A stretch of DNA of 45,513 nt from the IMG/VR virus record IMGVR_UViG_3300026519_000004, positions 1-45,513 of that record, one strand, 5' to 3'. A program made the translations under genes and the position numbers. The number at the start of each line of letters is the position of its first letter. Within the stretch, counting starts at the first letter, position 1. Under the pieces are notes generated by a model. It had not been told where the DNA came from. It was given only the letters and a program-made list of their open reading frames with translations, and made no database searches. Origin of the DNA: a virus. Shown piece after piece: positions 42,685 through 45,513 of this stretch.

Positions 42685-43061
42685 TACACCGCAGGACACA
42701 TAAATACGGTGCTCGGCCAACGGTCTTTGACGGCGTCAAGTACGCCTCGCGGGCGGAGGCCGCAAGGGCCCGTGAGTTGGACGCCCTGTTCCGGGCTGGC
42801 AAACTCCGGTTCTGGTATAGCCAGCCGAGGTTCCGCCTTGGCGTGCCCGAGAACAGGTATATCGCGGACTTCCTCATCATCGACAGGCAGGGGCGTGTCT
42901 GGGTTGAAGACATCAAGGGGGTTGAGACCGACAAGTTCAAGCACGATCGGAAACTTTGGCTTACCTATGGGCCGTGCCCGCTCCATGTGTTGAGGTGGAA
43001 GCGTGGGAAGTGGGTTTCCGAAGTGTTTATGGGGGGAGGAGATGCCAAAGAGGGTGTCTAG
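42681..43061 (+). CDS. DUF1064-family protein (putative endonuclease/resolvase-like)
   Basis: 'HKYGARPTVFDGVKYASRAEAARARELD...YIADFLI...VEDIKG' matches the recalled DUF1064 pattern (KYGAKKT..DG..F.S..EA.RY.EL; Y.aDF; vEDvKG). TTG start in a TTGA overlap. Confidence 0.6.
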   Translation: MIHRRTHKYGARPTVFDGVKYASRAEAARARELDALFRAGKLRFWYSQPRFRLGVPENRYIADFLIIDRQGRVWVEDIKGVETDKFKHDRKLWLTYGPCPLHVLRWKRGKWVSEVFMGGGDAKEGV

Positions 43062-43263
43062 TGAACGCGGGGTCGGGCTCATCCGGTGCCACAAGTGCGG
43101 ACAAGAGGTCTTGCGCGTGAGGCATTTAGGGGCTCGGAGGGCCGAGTATGTTCTGCTCGACGCCAAGCCCGAGGTTGCATACCGTGTTTTCGGTAAGAAC
43201 AAGCAGCCGGAGCCCTTCGCCGTTCGAGGCGATCTATATCAGAAGCACAGGTGTAGATCGTAA
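43042..43263 (+). CDS. Hypothetical small basic protein (73 aa) with a CxxC motif
   Basis: ATG 43042 is preceded by GGGGGAGGAG. Contains 'CHKCG'. Confidence 0.45.
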   Translation: MPKRVSSERGVGLIRCHKCGQEVLRVRHLGARRAEYVLLDAKPEVAYRVFGKNKQPEPFAVRGDLYQKHRCRS

Positions 43264-43323
43264 GGGCCTGGGTGGGTGTCACTGGCCCCGCCCGGGCCAT
43301 TCATCTCTCTCTCCTCTTTGTGG

Positions 43324-43357
43324 AACCGCCACGGGTAGCGCCCGTGGCGGTTCTTTT
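43324..43357 (+). terminator. Rho-independent terminator
   Basis: 12-bp perfect stem AACCGCCACGGG / CCCGTGGCGGTT with a 5-nt loop, followed by CTTTT. Lies 60 nt after the stop at 43263. Confidence 0.8.
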
Positions 43358-43359
43358 GG

Positions 43360-43368
43360 TGATATACT
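43360..43368 (+). promoter_or_regulatory. Extended -10-like element (TGaTATACT), 6 nt upstream of ATG 43375
   Basis: Read directly. No SD-like sequence fits between the element and the ATG, which would imply a leaderless or near-leaderless transcript. No -35 element was identified. Confidence 0.25.
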
Positions 43369-43374
43369 TATGAC

Positions 43375-43971
43375 ATGAAACCCATGACCATAGTTGTTAC
43401 CCTGTTCCTCGCCTGCTTGTTTGCTATGACGACCGGGTGCGTTTCGACGGATGACATCCAGGCCCAGATCACAGCCATGCAGGACCGGCTGTCACAGGAG
43501 GGCGTACACATAGCAGACTTGACGGCTCGTCTTGACGCCCTGCCAGAGCCGGGCACGGGCACACCGCAAGAAGAGGCAGCCCGCCTGGCGATCGAGGCTG
43601 CGATCGAGGAGTCCCGTCTCAGGGCGCAGGCATATGAGACGGCGATCGCCAATGGTGAACTGTACCTCAGCGAAGCGAACGACTTTTCACAGACGCCGAT
43701 CGGTGTTCTTGCCACCAGCGCACCAGAGCCATACCGCTCGCTGTTCCTGTTGGGCGGCGGCATAGCCGGCATGGTCTGGCAGAGGCGCAGGGTTACCCGT
43801 GCCGCAACTGTGATTGTCCAATCGCTTGAACAGGCTAAGACCCTCGACCCGGCCATGCGGGAATCGTTTGCCACCAACGCAGCGACGATTATCAAAGCAC
43901 AGGCTGCCGATCCGCTTGCGGTCAAGATTGTGGCTAAGGCCAAAGGTAAAAAAGAAACAAAGGAGTCGTGA
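43375..43971 (+). CDS. Membrane-anchored or lipoprotein-like coiled-coil protein (spanin-like candidate)
   Basis: N-terminal signal/anchor 'MKPMTIVVTLFLACLFAMTTGC' with a non-canonical lipobox (TTGC). Helical heptad-like region. Second hydrophobic stretch 'SLFLLGGGIAGMVW', then RRR. Confidence 0.35.
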   Translation: MKPMTIVVTLFLACLFAMTTGCVSTDDIQAQITAMQDRLSQEGVHIADLTARLDALPEPGTGTPQEEAARLAIEAAIEESRLRAQAYETAIANGELYLSEANDFSQTPIGVLATSAPEPYRSLFLLGGGIAGMVWQRRRVTRAATVIVQSLEQAKTLDPAMRESFATNAATIIKAQAADPLAVKIVAKAKGKKETKES

Positions 43972-44558
43972 TGGCAAGCCAACTCATCGCCGCCGGTATC
44001 GGTGTCCGTAGTATGCGACCGGTGTTCAACGCTCAACAGACGGCTAAGCCGAGCGAAGATAGCATCATCCTGAGAACCGCACTTCCTCCGGGGTTCTTGC
44101 CATTCGACGGGTACAAGTCGATTGAGGCGATTCTGTCAGGCGTTGGCGCAGAGAACTCGCTGGCGAACACCAGCGTCTATCTGGTCAAGCAGATCATGCC
44201 GCGCGGAGTCCATAATATCGAGCGTGGTGATTCTCGTGTTCAATACGCCTGTCTTTTGGCTGCAACGATCCAGTGGACACTCGGCACGCTCGCCGGGACT
44301 TCCGGGCGGGTCGTCGATGACACGCAGGTCTTCGCAGACACAGCGGTCGTGACCGAGAAGCCATACGGCGCGTACCTCGCAGCGGCGTTCGGAAAGTCAA
44401 TCGCAGCGTCGAGCCCGGGGTCGAACGGCATGGCAGTGGTTGGCCTCGCTGATGCTGGAAACCATATTGGTATCTGGCTCCCGACCGGACCAGCCACGCC
44501 GGCGTCGCCGTCTATCGGTGTGACATCAGCAAACCTGCTTGCTGGGCTCGGAACCTGA
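43971..44558 (+). CDS. Hypothetical protein (195 aa)
   Basis: ATG 43971 lies 5 nt after AGGAG; GTG 43968 is an alternative start. No family recognised. Confidence 0.45.
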   Translation: MASQLIAAGIGVRSMRPVFNAQQTAKPSEDSIILRTALPPGFLPFDGYKSIEAILSGVGAENSLANTSVYLVKQIMPRGVHNIERGDSRVQYACLLAATIQWTLGTLAGTSGRVVDDTQVFADTAVVTEKPYGAYLAAAFGKSIAASSPGSNGMAVVGLADAGNHIGIWLPTGPATPASPSIGVTSANLLAGLGT

Positions 44559-44560
44559 GC

Positions 44561-45073
44561 ATGTTCGGCACACCTAAAAAAGGCGGTAAGTGCTATTACG
44601 ACCCGGAAGTAGGTAAAAAGATCGTCGAGCGTGTGTGTCGGGGTGAGAGCATCAAGAGCATTTGCAAGGGCGAGGGGATGCCCAACTGCGGGATTGTCTG
44701 GCGGTGGCGCATGATGGGCCGCGAGCCAGACTGTGACCCACAGGTTGCCGAGTTCACGCGACAGATGGACATCGCCCTTGAGATGCGGGCTGATGTCCTG
44801 ATCGACGAGTGCCAAGACATCGCCGACGACGACTCGAACGACACGCTCACCAACCAGTTTGGCGAGGCTAGTAACCCTGCTGCGGTCTCACGGGCCAAGT
44901 TGCGCATCGACACACGCAAAGCCGTGGCTGCCCTGTACGCGCGCGAGAGGTATGGCAGGAGCAACAGGAGCGACGCCGAGGCTGATAGTGGTGTCGAGGA
45001 GCATCGTCTGGTGATTGAGGTGGACCCTACTCCACTTGCGCAGAAACAGGCGGAAGATCGGGAAGGGGCTTGA
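44561..45073 (+). CDS. terS: Terminase small subunit
   Basis: 'YDPEVGKKIVERVCRGESIKSICKGEGMP...VWRW', 'DECQDIADDDSND' and 'SRAKLRIDTRKA' match the recalled pattern of BPP-1-type small terminases (Y.PE...I...GESL..IC...MP; RSRLRVDTRKW). Confidence 0.75.
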   Translation: MFGTPKKGGKCYYDPEVGKKIVERVCRGESIKSICKGEGMPNCGIVWRWRMMGREPDCDPQVAEFTRQMDIALEMRADVLIDECQDIADDDSNDTLTNQFGEASNPAAVSRAKLRIDTRKAVAALYARERYGRSNRSDAEADSGVEEHRLVIEVDPTPLAQKQAEDREGA

Positions 45074-45275
45074 CCTCGCCCCAGCCTTTGTGGCGGAAGC
45101 GACCATCGGGCGTGAGCAGCCGCGCCGTCTTGGTCGAAAAGAAGTAAGTGCGCCCGACCACGAGATCAGGCTTGACGCGACGCGAGGCCGCGATCAGTTG
45201 TACACGCTTCTGGCTCACATCCCAATGACGGGCGAGCGACGCGGTCGTCCAAAACTTGTCAAGCGGATTCTGCAT
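45027..45275 (-). CDS. HTH (Xis/AlpA/MerR-like) DNA-binding protein candidate
   Basis: 82 aa. 'FWTTASLARHWDVSQKRVQLIAA' is HTH-like. Its 3' end overlaps terS convergently by 47 nt. Its start is overlapped by the stop of the wrap-around gene. Confidence 0.4.
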   Translation of the reverse strand: MQNPLDKFWTTASLARHWDVSQKRVQLIAASRRVKPDLVVGRTYFFSTKTARLLTPDGRFRHKGWGEVKPLPDLPPVSAQVE

Positions 45276-45513
45276 GATCGGTTTCTAGTCCTTGGCTGAC
45301 AATAGGGCGCGGGGTGTCAGCGAGCAGTTCAGCGAGCGCCCTGAGGCCATTGGGGCTAATCAGCACACAGCCGCCCGTGGCCACCTCCGCCTCAATACCC
45401 CGAGGGTCAAGGGCGTCATCGACGACGCTGCACGCAAAAGCCTCGTTCCGACGACCGATGGTTCGATCAGCGATTCTCGAACACGCTGAACAGATTTTGC
45501 GATCTGTAATGGC
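45259..45513 (-). CDS. C-terminal part of the wrap-around 136-aa hypothetical gene. 45387..45513 duplicates 1..127.
   Basis: In-frame continuation ...GIEAEVATGGCVLISPNGLRALAELLADTPRPIVSQGLETDHAESA, ending at TGA 45261..45259. There is no start codon inside the window end because the ATG is at 283. Confidence 0.6.
   Translation of the reverse strand, partial: AITDRKICSACSRIADRTIGRRNEAFACSVVDDALDPRGIEAEVATGGCVLISPNGLRALAELLADTPRPIVSQGLETDHAESA
45387..45513. repeat. 127-bp exact direct repeat, copy 2 (identical to 1..127)
   Basis: See copy 1. Confidence 0.95.

Overview
The window appears to be a complete, circularly closed dsDNA tailed-phage genome. The first 127 bp (1..127) are identical to the last 127 bp (45387..45513), so the unique length is 45,386 bp. 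The sequence is visibly GC-rich, roughly 60% by eye.

All family names below come from motif recognition by eye. No database search was possible.

Nearly all genes are on the + strand and tightly coupled through ATGA, TAATG and GTGA overlaps. A six-gene minus-strand cassette crosses the linearisation point (2211 down to 1, then 45386 down to 45027). One of its genes is intact only on the circular map.

Recognisable modules:
- Packaging: small terminase (44561..45073) and large terminase (2426..3895).
- Head: portal (11158..13011), scaffold (18501..19475), major capsid (19615..20802), DUF2190-like decoration protein.
- Tail and ejection: a podovirus-like set with a 1323-aa nozzle-like protein, three probable internal virion proteins, and a 2974-aa polyvalent-type giant protein.
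- Lysis: a holin-like gene followed by a strong terminator.
- Replication and recombination: wHTH protein, SMC-like ATPase, PD-(D/E)XK exonuclease, RecT, DUF1064.

I found no tRNA, rRNA, CRISPR array, integrase or transposase.

The unusual aspect is that the canonical morphogenesis genes are pulled apart by accessory islands:
- The strongest candidate for something new is a 5.5-kb island between portal and scaffold. It carries a sialyltransferase-like GT (all four sialyl motifs), a GNAT, a GT32 DXD glycosyltransferase, a sulfotransferase and a SAM-methyltransferase.
- A KpsS/KpsC-like gene sits inside the tail module.
- A mucin-like Pro/Ser/Thr/Ala linker lies in the nozzle-like virion protein.
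- Together these suggest an acidic, possibly sulfated, glycan-tailoring system expressed with the virion genes.

Other notable items:
- The giant ejected protein has HExxH and ART-PolyVal-like modules and a marked low-GC patch.
- A CsrA-like ORF is wedged before the portal gene.
- A triple 10-bp GGA-containing repeat sits on the ribosome-binding site of the exonuclease gene.
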